From the NCBI GenBank assembly GCA_934096735.1, contig CAKOMS010000003.1, positions 7,298-71,297 on the forward strand: a stretch of DNA of 64,000 nucleotides, read 5' to 3'. The position numbers and the translations under genes are program-made. The notes below the pieces were generated by a model that saw only the letters and a list, made by a program, of their open reading frames with translations, searched no databases and had not been told where the DNA came from. Positions 19,467-27,450 of the stretch are shown here, piece by piece; positions within the stretch are counted from its first letter, which is position 1, and every line of letters begins with the position of its first letter. This DNA comes from an uncultured Bacilli bacterium. Lineage in GTDB: Bacteria; Bacillota_I; Bacilli_A; RF39; UBA660.

Positions 19467-20819
19467 ATGAATAATAATGATTTAAATGGAAATGTATTAG
19501 GTAGTACTACTTTAGGCGATACGACTAATATGAATAATAATACATTAAATAATACTAGTAGTGGTGTTGAAAATTTAGGTAGTGTAGAGTCTTTAGAACA
19601 AGTAAATAATAATACTAATTTTAATACTATGCAACCTAATCAAATGCAAAGTAATCAAGTACAAAATAATCAAGTGCAACCTAATCAAAATTTAAATAAT
19701 GTAAATAATACTATTAATCCTGGAGTATCTACTTCTAATGTTATGCCTGAGGCTGCTTATACTAATCCTCAGAATATAACACCTACACCAATGCCTGGTT
19801 TTGAAAGTAGTAGTGTTATTGGTACAACGCCACCTATGCAAAATGAAAATAGAAATGCAAATGTATCAAAAGAACCTAAGAAAAAAGGTAGTAAAGCGTT
19901 ATTTATAATAATAGTTGTAGTGCTTTTATGTGGAGTTGGTTTAGGTACTTATTATGTATTAAATTATACTGATTTACTTAATAAGAAACCTACTGTAACA
20001 ATAGAAGTTAAAGATTTAAGTTTAAATGTTGGAGATAAGTTTCCTTCAATAGATGAAGTTGCTACAATTACTGGTACTGATGTTTCAAATTGTAATGTAA
20101 TATCAACTGATGTAAATACAAATAAAGAAGGAGAGTATTCATATTCAGTTCATTGTGGAGAAGTTATGAAAACTGGTAAAGTAACAGTAGTAGATAATAC
20201 AACAATAGAACTTAATACTAAGACTGTTTATAAAATTAAAAATGGAACTGTGAATGCTAAAGATTTTGTTAACAATTATGATTCAAAATTAACTTATAGT
20301 TTCGTTTCTGAAGATAGTGTAAAAGCAAATTTGCAAAATGTTGGAACTTATAAAGTTTCAATAAAAGCAACATCATCATCTGGTAAAGAATCAGTTAGTG
20401 AGGCTACTTTAGTTGTTTTAGAATATGAAATAAAAGGTTATGTTAAATGTGCTACTAATGAACAAGCTGTTACTGGAACAAGTGCTAATTCAGTTATAAG
20501 CTATAATTTTGCAATTGCTAATGATGGAGCAAATGGTTATGGTAAGATTGCTAATGTATCTTATACATTTAAATTTACTGATGAAACTGAGTATGATGAA
20601 GTTTTAAGTAAAGCTAATAATGGAGAGTTAACATTTAATGATATAACTGGAAGTTATACAGCTGATAAAAATAGTTTAACAATTGTTATTACTAAAGAAA
20701 GAACTAATGAAGAAGCTACTTCTGAAATTGGTGAAGAAAATATATCTAAGTATTCTACAATTAAAAATTATTATGAAAATACTAAAGGATATAAATGTTC
20801 TTTTGAAAAGATTAGTTAA
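19467..20819 (+). CDS. hypothetical single-pass membrane protein with Asn/Gln-rich N-terminal region
   Basis: 450-aa ORF: ~140 aa N/Q/T-rich low-complexity region, a TM helix (ALFIIIVVVLLCGVGLGTYYVL), then an extracytoplasmic beta-rich region. Confidence 0.5.
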   Translation: MNNNDLNGNVLGSTTLGDTTNMNNNTLNNTSSGVENLGSVESLEQVNNNTNFNTMQPNQMQSNQVQNNQVQPNQNLNNVNNTINPGVSTSNVMPEAAYTNPQNITPTPMPGFESSSVIGTTPPMQNENRNANVSKEPKKKGSKALFIIIVVVLLCGVGLGTYYVLNYTDLLNKKPTVTIEVKDLSLNVGDKFPSIDEVATITGTDVSNCNVISTDVNTNKEGEYSYSVHCGEVMKTGKVTVVDNTTIELNTKTVYKIKNGTVNAKDFVNNYDSKLTYSFVSEDSVKANLQNVGTYKVSIKATSSSGKESVSEATLVVLEYEIKGYVKCATNEQAVTGTSANSVISYNFAIANDGANGYGKIANVSYTFKFTDETEYDEVLSKANNGELTFNDITGSYTADKNSLTIVITKERTNEEATSEIGEENISKYSTIKNYYENTKGYKCSFEKIS

Positions 20820-20883
20820 TAATTAATTAGAGATAAACAAGGTTGTTTTGAAAATAATCTTGTTTTTTTATGAAAAAAACCTC

Positions 20884-21441
20884 TTAATTAAGGTCTTTTA
20901 AGTAATTAGCAAGTTCTTTATATCCGTCAGTATTCCAAACTTTACATCTTTCTTTATCAGGGTAATTGCCCATTGTTTTATCATAGCCATCAGGTATAAA
21001 AATGAAATCCCAACTCCAACCATAAGTTCCAGATTTTTCTTTTGCTATTTTACCTTTAGTTACTGATTTAAAAGCAATTGGATCTTTTCCATATTCACAA
21101 TAGGCAAATGCTTCAATAAAACAAGCATTTCTATTTTCTATTCCTTCAAGAAGTTTTAAGATTCCATCTTCTTTAAGTGTGTCATCAACATAATGTGTAT
21201 AAGGTCCAGGAAAACCATTTAGGGCTTCTATAAATAATCCTGTGTCATTTTTTAATACATTACATTTTAATTTATCACTTGCTTCTTTTGCAGAATGTAT
21301 TGCAATTTCTTCGACAGTGTCAGCTTGAATTTCAGTTGTTTCCATTTTTATATTGTCAACTATAAATCCTAAAGGTTCTAATATGTTTTTTGCACTCATT
21401 ATTTTAGACCAATTACCAGTTACATAAGTTATTTTTTTCAT
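20884..21441 (-). CDS. non-canonical purine NTP pyrophosphatase (HAM1/ITPase family)
   Basis: 185 aa; DTGLFIEALNGFPGPYT and GWSWDFIFIP resemble the HAM1/RdgB signature regions. Confidence 0.75.
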   Translation of the reverse strand: MKKITYVTGNWSKIMSAKNILEPLGFIVDNIKMETTEIQADTVEEIAIHSAKEASDKLKCNVLKNDTGLFIEALNGFPGPYTHYVDDTLKEDGILKLLEGIENRNACFIEAFAYCEYGKDPIAFKSVTKGKIAKEKSGTYGWSWDFIFIPDGYDKTMGNYPDKERCKVWNTDGYKELANYLKDLN

Positions 21442-21582
21442 ATTTATAAATTCTCCTTTTGATTATTATAACACATGAAATAGTAATTATTAATTTCTTT
21501 TAATCCTTATTTTTATGAAATAATCTTGTTTTTTTTATGGTTTTATTTTAAAATTATTCATGTGAATTGCGAGGGGAATTTT

Positions 21583-22707
21583 ATGGTATATTTAGATTAT
21601 TCTGCTACAACACCAGTTAATAAAGAAGTTTTGGAAACTTTTAATAAATGTTGTTTAGATTTTTTAGGTAATTCAAATTCTTTACATAAATTGGGAGTTA
21701 GATGTAATAAACTTATAAATGAAGCAACTTTTCAAATAGCTAGTTTGTTTAATGTCTTACCTAGTGAGATTATATATACTAGTGGTTCAACAGAATCTAA
21801 TAATACTGCTTTAATCGGGGTGGCTTTAAGAAACAAAAATAAAGGAAATAAAATAATAACTACTAAGTATGAGCATTCATCTGTTATTGAATCATTAAAT
21901 TATTTAAAAACTTTAGGTTTTGTAATTGAATATGTAAAAACTGATTTATTTGGAAGAGTTGATTTAAATAATTTAAAAGAAATTCTTGATGATAATACTA
22001 TTATAGTTACAATTAACTGTGTTAATAGTGAAATTGGTATTAGACAACCCATTGAAGAGATTGCAGATATTATAAAAAAGAATAGTAATGCTTATTTTCA
22101 TACTGATTTAACTCAGGCTGTTGGTAAATGTAAATTTGATTTAAAAAATGTTGATTTAGCAAGTTTTTCTGCACATAAATTTTTTGGATTAAAAGGTATT
22201 GGAGTTTTAATAAAAAAAGAAAATGTGCATATGAATAAGTTGATACATGGTGGAAAAAGTACTACTATTTATAGAAGTGGAACTCCTGCACATCCTTTAA
22301 TAGCATCACTTGCAAAATCTGTTAGAATGGCTTTAGAAGATTTAGAAAATAAAATTAATTATGTAAGTGAATTAAATGTATATTTAACACAAGAATTAAA
22401 TAAAATATCTGGTGTTCATGTAAATAGTAATATTTATTCAATTCCTTATATTTTAAATTTTAGTATAAAAGGAATAAAAGCAGAAACAATGTTACATGCT
22501 CTTGAAGAAAAGGATATTTATGTATCTACTAAATCTGCTTGTAGTGATGAAGATGCAATCAGTGAAGCTGTTTATGATTTAACTAAAGATTTAGATTTGG
22601 CAAAGTCATCAATAAGAATTAGTTTATCACATTTAACTACTAAGGAAGAATTAAATTATTTTGTAGATAGTTTTAAAGATTGTTTAAATAAATTATTATT
22701 GAAGTAA
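21583..22707 (+). CDS. cysteine desulfurase (class V aminotransferase, NifS/IscS-like)
   Basis: YLDYSATTP N-terminus and the SAHKFFGLKGIGVL PLP-lysine motif. Start moved to ATG 21583, preceded by gagggg. Confidence 0.85.
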   Translation: MVYLDYSATTPVNKEVLETFNKCCLDFLGNSNSLHKLGVRCNKLINEATFQIASLFNVLPSEIIYTSGSTESNNTALIGVALRNKNKGNKIITTKYEHSSVIESLNYLKTLGFVIEYVKTDLFGRVDLNNLKEILDDNTIIVTINCVNSEIGIRQPIEEIADIIKKNSNAYFHTDLTQAVGKCKFDLKNVDLASFSAHKFFGLKGIGVLIKKENVHMNKLIHGGKSTTIYRSGTPAHPLIASLAKSVRMALEDLENKINYVSELNVYLTQELNKISGVHVNSNIYSIPYILNFSIKGIKAETMLHALEEKDIYVSTKSACSDEDAISEAVYDLTKDLDLAKSSIRISLSHLTTKEELNYFVDSFKDCLNKLLLK

Positions 22708-22746
22708 AAAAGATATCTCATTTTGATATGAAATATCTTTTTTTTA
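22706..22746. terminator. bidirectional terminator between convergent genes
   Basis: aaaagatat ... atatctttt 9-bp stem flanked by A- and T-runs. Confidence 0.55.
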
Positions 22747-23487
22747 CTATGCTGTTGGTCCTGTAGGTCCCGTTGGTCCGGTTGGTCCGGTTGGCCCAGT
22801 TGGTCCTGTGGCTCCGGTTTCACCTTGAATACCTTGTAATCCTTGAGGTCCTGTTGGTCCCGTAGGCCCTGTTTCACCTTGAACACCTTGGATACCTTGT
22901 AGTCCTTGAACTCCTGTAGCACCAGTTGGCCCAGTAGGTCCAGTTGGTCCTGTGGCTCCGGTTTCACCTTGGATACCTTGTAATCCTTGAACTCCTGTAG
23001 CACCAGTTGGCCCAGTAGGTCCAGTTGGTCCTGTAGCTCCGGTTTCACCTTGAACACCTTGGATACCTTGTAGTCCTTGAACTCCTGTAGCACCAGTTGG
23101 TCCAGTCGGTCCAGTTGCACCAGTCGGTCCAGTCGGTCCAGTAATTCCTTGAGGTCCAGTAATTCCTTGAGGTCCAGTTGGTCCTGTAACACCTTGAATA
23201 CCTTGAACACCTTGTAATCCTTGGACACCTTGTGGCCCAGTAGCACCATTTGCTCCAGTAGCACCAGTAGGTCCTTGAGGTATTACTAAATTTAAGATAA
23301 AGTTTGGTGATTGGCCTGTGATTGATGCAGATGCTTGAGAACCTGGAGCTCCCGTTGTAACTGTTCCAATTTGAAAAGTTGCATTGATTGGAGTACCTGT
23401 TTGTCCTAAACAACAACAACCAGATGTAGGTCTATAATTTTTGTTAAAATTATTTACTATACATCTAGCTTTATCAACATTATTCAT
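22747..23487 (-). CDS. collagen-like triple-helix repeat protein (candidate BclA-like spore/cell surface glycoprotein)
   Basis: 246 aa: a ~70-aa N-terminal domain with a CCC motif and the [21 protein letters not shown] 'preface' motif, then ~58 uninterrupted G-X-Y triplets ([15 protein letters not shown]) running to the C-terminus. RBS aggagg. Confidence 0.85.
   Translation of the reverse strand: MNNVDKARCIVNNFNKNYRPTSGCCCLGQTGTPINATFQIGTVTTGAPGSQASASITGQSPNFILNLVIPQGPTGATGANGATGPQGVQGLQGVQGIQGVTGPTGPQGITGPQGITGPTGPTGATGPTGPTGATGVQGLQGIQGVQGETGATGPTGPTGPTGATGVQGLQGIQGETGATGPTGPTGPTGATGVQGLQGIQGVQGETGPTGPTGPQGLQGIQGETGATGPTGPTGPTGPTGPTGPTA
22750..23274 (-). repeat. tandem imperfect 81-90 nt repeats encoding the G-X-Y region
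   Basis: Units such as accagttggcccagtaggtccagttggtcctgt(g/a)gctccggtttcaccttg recur back to back. All three frames of this strand stay open, which produces the spurious ORFs 22656..23264 and 23045..23419. Confidence 0.8.
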
Positions 23488-23541
23488 TAATTTCCTCCTA
23501 ATATAGGATATGAAAATTGTGAAAAAAATAAATTATAAATA

Positions 23542-23569
23542 ACTAATTTATAGTGCTTTTCATAAAATA
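23542..23569 (+). promoter_or_regulatory. possible sigma-K-type promoter upstream of the glycosyltransferase gene
   Basis: AC, 17 nt spacer, CATAaaaTA matches the Bacillus sigma-K consensus AC-N16/17-CATA---TA; located 20 nt before the ATG. Confidence 0.25.
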
Positions 23570-23589
23570 TTTTAGGTGATTATATAAAA

Positions 23590-24663
23590 ATGAGAAAAGT
23601 GTGTGTATATGCGATATGTAAAAACGAGGAGAAATTTGTAAAAAGATGGTATGAGTCTATGAAAGAAGCAGATAAAATAATAGTTTTAGATACTGGATCA
23701 AGTGATAATACAGTTAATTTATTAAAAGAGTGTGGAGTAGATGTTTTTGTTAAAAAAATTGATCCTTGGAGATTTGATGTTGCTAGAAATGAATCATTAA
23801 AGTTAGTTCCAGAAGATTATGAGATATGTGTGTGTACTGATTTAGATGAAGTGTTTTTAAAAGGATGGAAAGATAAATTATTAAGTTCTTGGAAAGATGA
23901 TACTACTAGAGCAAGATATTTATATAATTGGAGTATAAAAAAAGATGGTACTGTTGGAACAAGTTTTTATTTAAATAAGATTCATAGAAGAGATGCTTAT
24001 TATTGGACACATCCTGTTCATGAAGTTTTGACTTCTAAAGTGAAAGAAAATGAAATACTTATTCCTGAAATAGTATTGAATCATTATCCAGATGTATCTA
24101 AATCTCGAAGTAATTATTTGCCTCTTTTAGAACTTAGTGTAAAAGAAGATCCTAAAGATGATAGAAATATGCATTATTTAGGAAGAGAATATATGTATTA
24201 TGGGAAGTATGAAGATGCAATTAGAACTTTAAAGAAACATAAAAGATTAAAAAGCGCAACTTGGAAAGATGAAAGATGTGCTTCAGATAGATTTATAGCT
24301 AGATGTTATAATGCATTAGGTAATAAAAAAATGGCTGTTAAGTGGTATAAAAAAGCAATTTTAGAAGCTCCTTATTTAAGAGAGAGTTATATTGAACTTG
24401 CATATTTAGAATATGAGAGGGAAAAATATATGGAGGCATATGTTTTATTAAAAAGAGCATTTGAAATTAATAATAAAAGTATAAGTTATATTAATGAAGA
24501 ATTTGCTTGGAATTATTTTCCTTATGATCTTATGTCTATTTGTGCTTTTAATTTGAAATTATATAATGAGTCTTATGAAAATGCATTAAAAGCTTTTGAA
24601 AAAAATAAAGAAGATCTTAGATTAAAAGTTAATTTAGAATTGATAAAAAAATATATACAATAG
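23590..24663 (+). CDS. family 2 glycosyltransferase with C-terminal TPR region
   Basis: VYAICKNEEKFV...IIVLDTGSSDNT...CTDLDE matches the GT-A/GT2 N-terminal pattern; the C-terminal half is TPR-like (YLGREYMYYGKYEDAI, AVKWYKKAI). Confidence 0.7.
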   Translation: MRKVCVYAICKNEEKFVKRWYESMKEADKIIVLDTGSSDNTVNLLKECGVDVFVKKIDPWRFDVARNESLKLVPEDYEICVCTDLDEVFLKGWKDKLLSSWKDDTTRARYLYNWSIKKDGTVGTSFYLNKIHRRDAYYWTHPVHEVLTSKVKENEILIPEIVLNHYPDVSKSRSNYLPLLELSVKEDPKDDRNMHYLGREYMYYGKYEDAIRTLKKHKRLKSATWKDERCASDRFIARCYNALGNKKMAVKWYKKAILEAPYLRESYIELAYLEYEREKYMEAYVLLKRAFEINNKSISYINEEFAWNYFPYDLMSICAFNLKLYNESYENALKAFEKNKEDLRLKVNLELIKKYIQ

Positions 24664-24704
24664 TTATTTTATATGATAGAATATAGCCAAAAAAAGGAAT
24701 GGTT

Positions 24705-25337
24705 ATGAAGAATGTACTAGTATATGGCGATTCTAATACATGGGGAGATTTACCCTGTTATAGTAGTAGAATTGCTTTAAAGAAAAGATGGACTTATAAG
24801 TTAGAAAAGAAACTTAAAAGAAAATGGAATTTGTATGTTGATGCTTTACCTGGTAGACTTGTAGGTGAAGGATGTGAAGAAGAAAAATTTAAATGGGGAA
24901 AAATTGTTTTTGAATCGGTTATGCGTGTAAATGGCCCATTTGATATTGTAATAATATTTTTAGGTACTAATGATTTGATGCCTAAATGGAAAAAGAAAAG
25001 TAAAGATATTATTAATGATTTAAAATGGTATAGTGAAGTATTTGATAATTATTATTTAAATGATGATAGATGTAAGAAATATTTAAATAATAAAAAGCCA
25101 ATGGTGTTATATATATTACCCCCTAAAATGTATTTGAGTGAGTGTACTAAAAAAGAAAATGAAATAATTGAGAAAAAAAGAAAAGATATAATAGAATATT
25201 TTAGTAAAAGTAATTATAATGTAGTTATAAATGATGAAGTTAGTGTGGTAGAAGATGGAATACATTTAAGTGAAATTGGTAATGAAGAAGTATATAAAAA
25301 AGTATATGATTATATAAATGTGAATAAATTGTTTTAG
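24705..25337 (+). CDS. SGNH/GDSL hydrolase (esterase/deacetylase-like)
   Basis: Block I VLVYGDSNTWG, block III GTNDL, block V DGIHLS. Confidence 0.75.
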   Translation: MKNVLVYGDSNTWGDLPCYSSRIALKKRWTYKLEKKLKRKWNLYVDALPGRLVGEGCEEEKFKWGKIVFESVMRVNGPFDIVIIFLGTNDLMPKWKKKSKDIINDLKWYSEVFDNYYLNDDRCKKYLNNKKPMVLYILPPKMYLSECTKKENEIIEKKRKDIIEYFSKSNYNVVINDEVSVVEDGIHLSEIGNEEVYKKVYDYINVNKLF

Positions 25338-25354
25338 AGTAATAGGAGATTTTA

Positions 25355-26695
25355 ATGAGAATAGCAATTAATAACGAAGGAAAAGTTTTTCATTTAAGTA
25401 ATAATAAAATAGAAAAGTTAGATAATAGTATAATTGAAAGTAATATAAAGCTTTCACTTATTGATAAGTGTTTAAAACCAAGAAGTATGATTATGGTTAA
25501 TAAAAAAACAAATGATATTATTTTTGAAACATCTGAGATTTATCCACAACATTTTTATCCTTTAACTATTTTAGATTATGCAAATGCAATAAAAAGATCA
25601 ATGAAAAGTGATATAGATAATTTACCGATATTATCTATTAGTACTAAAGATTATCCATTTTGTGATTTTAGATGTAGAGAATGTTTAGCAGATCCTACTA
25701 GAATGTGGGCTATTAAAAATATAGATAAATGTGTTTTGGGATTAGAAGAATATAAAAAAATATTAAAAGAAATATCTAGATATTCTAAAAAAAGAGGATG
25801 TAATTCTGTAAGACTTGAAATATGTGGTGAAGGTAATCCAGACATGTATATTCATAGAAAAGAAATAATTAAATATGCTAAAGAAGAATGTAATATGGGA
25901 ATAGTATATATTTCTACTGGAAGCAAGTTAGATGAAGAAGCAATGGAAACATTATGTAAATATGCATCTTATATAAGGATTAGTTTACCTGGTATTTCAG
26001 ATGAGGCTTATACTTATTATAGTAATCAACTTAAAAATGATTTTACTTTTTCTGATTCTATGAAGTTATTAAAAAAATTATGTGAACTTAGAAAAAAATA
26101 TAATAGAGAAAATGAACTTATGATAGGAGTTAGAACTTGTATTAGACAAAAGAACGAAGGACATTATTTAGAACTTTCTAAAATACTTGGAGATATGGGT
26201 GTAGATAGTTTTCAAATGGTTAAAGTACTTACTGATGAAATTGAAGATAAGAAAGATATTGAACTTAGTGAAAGAACTCAAAATGATTTAATTATGCTTA
26301 CAAAGAAATATAAATCTTTAGGACTTAAACATATTCAAACTCCTAAGTTATTAGATAAACTTTATATTAATAGAGAGTTTATTAAAAATAGAAAACCTAC
26401 TAAATGTTTTTCTTCACTTGTTAGTCCAATTTTGTATGGTAATAGTTTAATTGTATGTATACATTGGGATAAAATAAGAGATAAAGAGAATGCTTATTAT
26501 GGAAAACTTACTGGTAAAAGAGGAGAACTTGAGAAGATTATGCAAGGAGAGAGAGCTAAAAGTATAAGATCAAATTATCCTTTAAAATGTCATGATTGTT
26601 GTGCTTTGAATGATAATTTAATGTTAGAAGTTATAAGAAGTAATTTAGCATTATTTAATGATATTGATATAGTAGATTTTATGTTAGTTTATTAA
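25355..26695 (+). CDS. radical SAM enzyme, unknown substrate
   Basis: 446 aa; CDFRCRECLADP (CX3CX2C), a CGEGNP glycine-rich motif, and extra C-terminal cysteines (KCHDCCALND). RBS aggag. Confidence 0.75.
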   Translation: MRIAINNEGKVFHLSNNKIEKLDNSIIESNIKLSLIDKCLKPRSMIMVNKKTNDIIFETSEIYPQHFYPLTILDYANAIKRSMKSDIDNLPILSISTKDYPFCDFRCRECLADPTRMWAIKNIDKCVLGLEEYKKILKEISRYSKKRGCNSVRLEICGEGNPDMYIHRKEIIKYAKEECNMGIVYISTGSKLDEEAMETLCKYASYIRISLPGISDEAYTYYSNQLKNDFTFSDSMKLLKKLCELRKKYNRENELMIGVRTCIRQKNEGHYLELSKILGDMGVDSFQMVKVLTDEIEDKKDIELSERTQNDLIMLTKKYKSLGLKHIQTPKLLDKLYINREFIKNRKPTKCFSSLVSPILYGNSLIVCIHWDKIRDKENAYYGKLTGKRGELEKIMQGERAKSIRSNYPLKCHDCCALNDNLMLEVIRSNLALFNDIDIVDFMLVY

Positions 26696-26715
26696 TGTAG
26701 TATAGGGGGTAATAT

Positions 26716-27450
26716 ATGGAAAAGTTAGTTTCTAAAAATTTTTTGGGACAGGATATGGAATTTTATGGTTGTAAGAGTTGTGCAATTTCTAATCATGAAA
26801 TAACTAATATTATTGGAGATTATATTTATGATGATGGTTTTGTTAATGTTATTGCAGATCCAGAGGTTCCGATTAAGGGGTTTTTAGTTGTGGGTATTAA
26901 ACCTCATGTTGCTAAACTTACAGAACTTAGTAAAGATGAAAGAAGTCATATTTTTGAAATTGTTAATAAAATAGAAGTATGTATGAGTAGCCTTGGAGAA
27001 GATAGTGTATTAAAGTTTGAAGATGGTTATGGTAGTCATTGGAGACAATGGATTTTACCTGCTAATTATGAGTATTATTATAATCCACAAATATATGAAA
27101 GTGATGAAAAATCTAAAAGTAAAGGTAGTCTTTATTATAGTAGATTTTGTTCACTACTTTTGAAATTGTTTATTGATAGTTGTAAAAGTAAAGAAGAACT
27201 AGATTTTATAAAAGATGCGATTATAGTAAATTCTAGTATTGAAGATATAATTGTTGTTTTAAGAGATGTTTTGGGTGATAGATTAGATGATATATTAAAA
27301 CAGTTAAAAGAATATAACTGGAATTTTGGAAGAGGAAAGAATTTAAAAAATATCACTAATTATGCAAAAATGTTTACAAGTGATGATGAGAAAGAAGAAG
27401 TAGTAGATTTTGCTAGAAAGATGAAAAAGAAATATGATGAACTATATTAA
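26716..27450 (+). CDS. HIT-like fold protein with degenerate histidine triad
   Basis: CKSC...IYDDGFVNVIADPEVPIKGFLVVGIKPHV...LSKDE follows the HIT layout, but the HxHxHxx position reads SHWRQWILP. Confidence 0.4.
   Translation: MEKLVSKNFLGQDMEFYGCKSCAISNHEITNIIGDYIYDDGFVNVIADPEVPIKGFLVVGIKPHVAKLTELSKDERSHIFEIVNKIEVCMSSLGEDSVLKFEDGYGSHWRQWILPANYEYYYNPQIYESDEKSKSKGSLYYSRFCSLLLKLFIDSCKSKEELDFIKDAIIVNSSIEDIIVVLRDVLGDRLDDILKQLKEYNWNFGRGKNLKNITNYAKMFTSDDEKEEVVDFARKMKKKYDELY

Noticed and set aside
21526-21582. Upstream alternative starts proposed by the ORF track (21526 for the desulfurase, 49350 for the secreted protein, 10245 for addA, 42294 for polA, 3391, 45793, 48190, 34814)
   Set aside because: In each case a downstream ATG or TTG has a properly spaced Shine-Dalgarno, or a -10 box lies inside the extension, and the extra N-terminal residues are not conserved-looking.
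22656-23419. ORFs 22656..23264 and 23045..23419 overlapping the collagen-like gene
   Set aside because: They are alternative frames of the G-X-Y coding repeats. The repeat structure keeps every frame open. Only the 22747..23487 frame gives collagen triplets, and it has an aggagg RBS.
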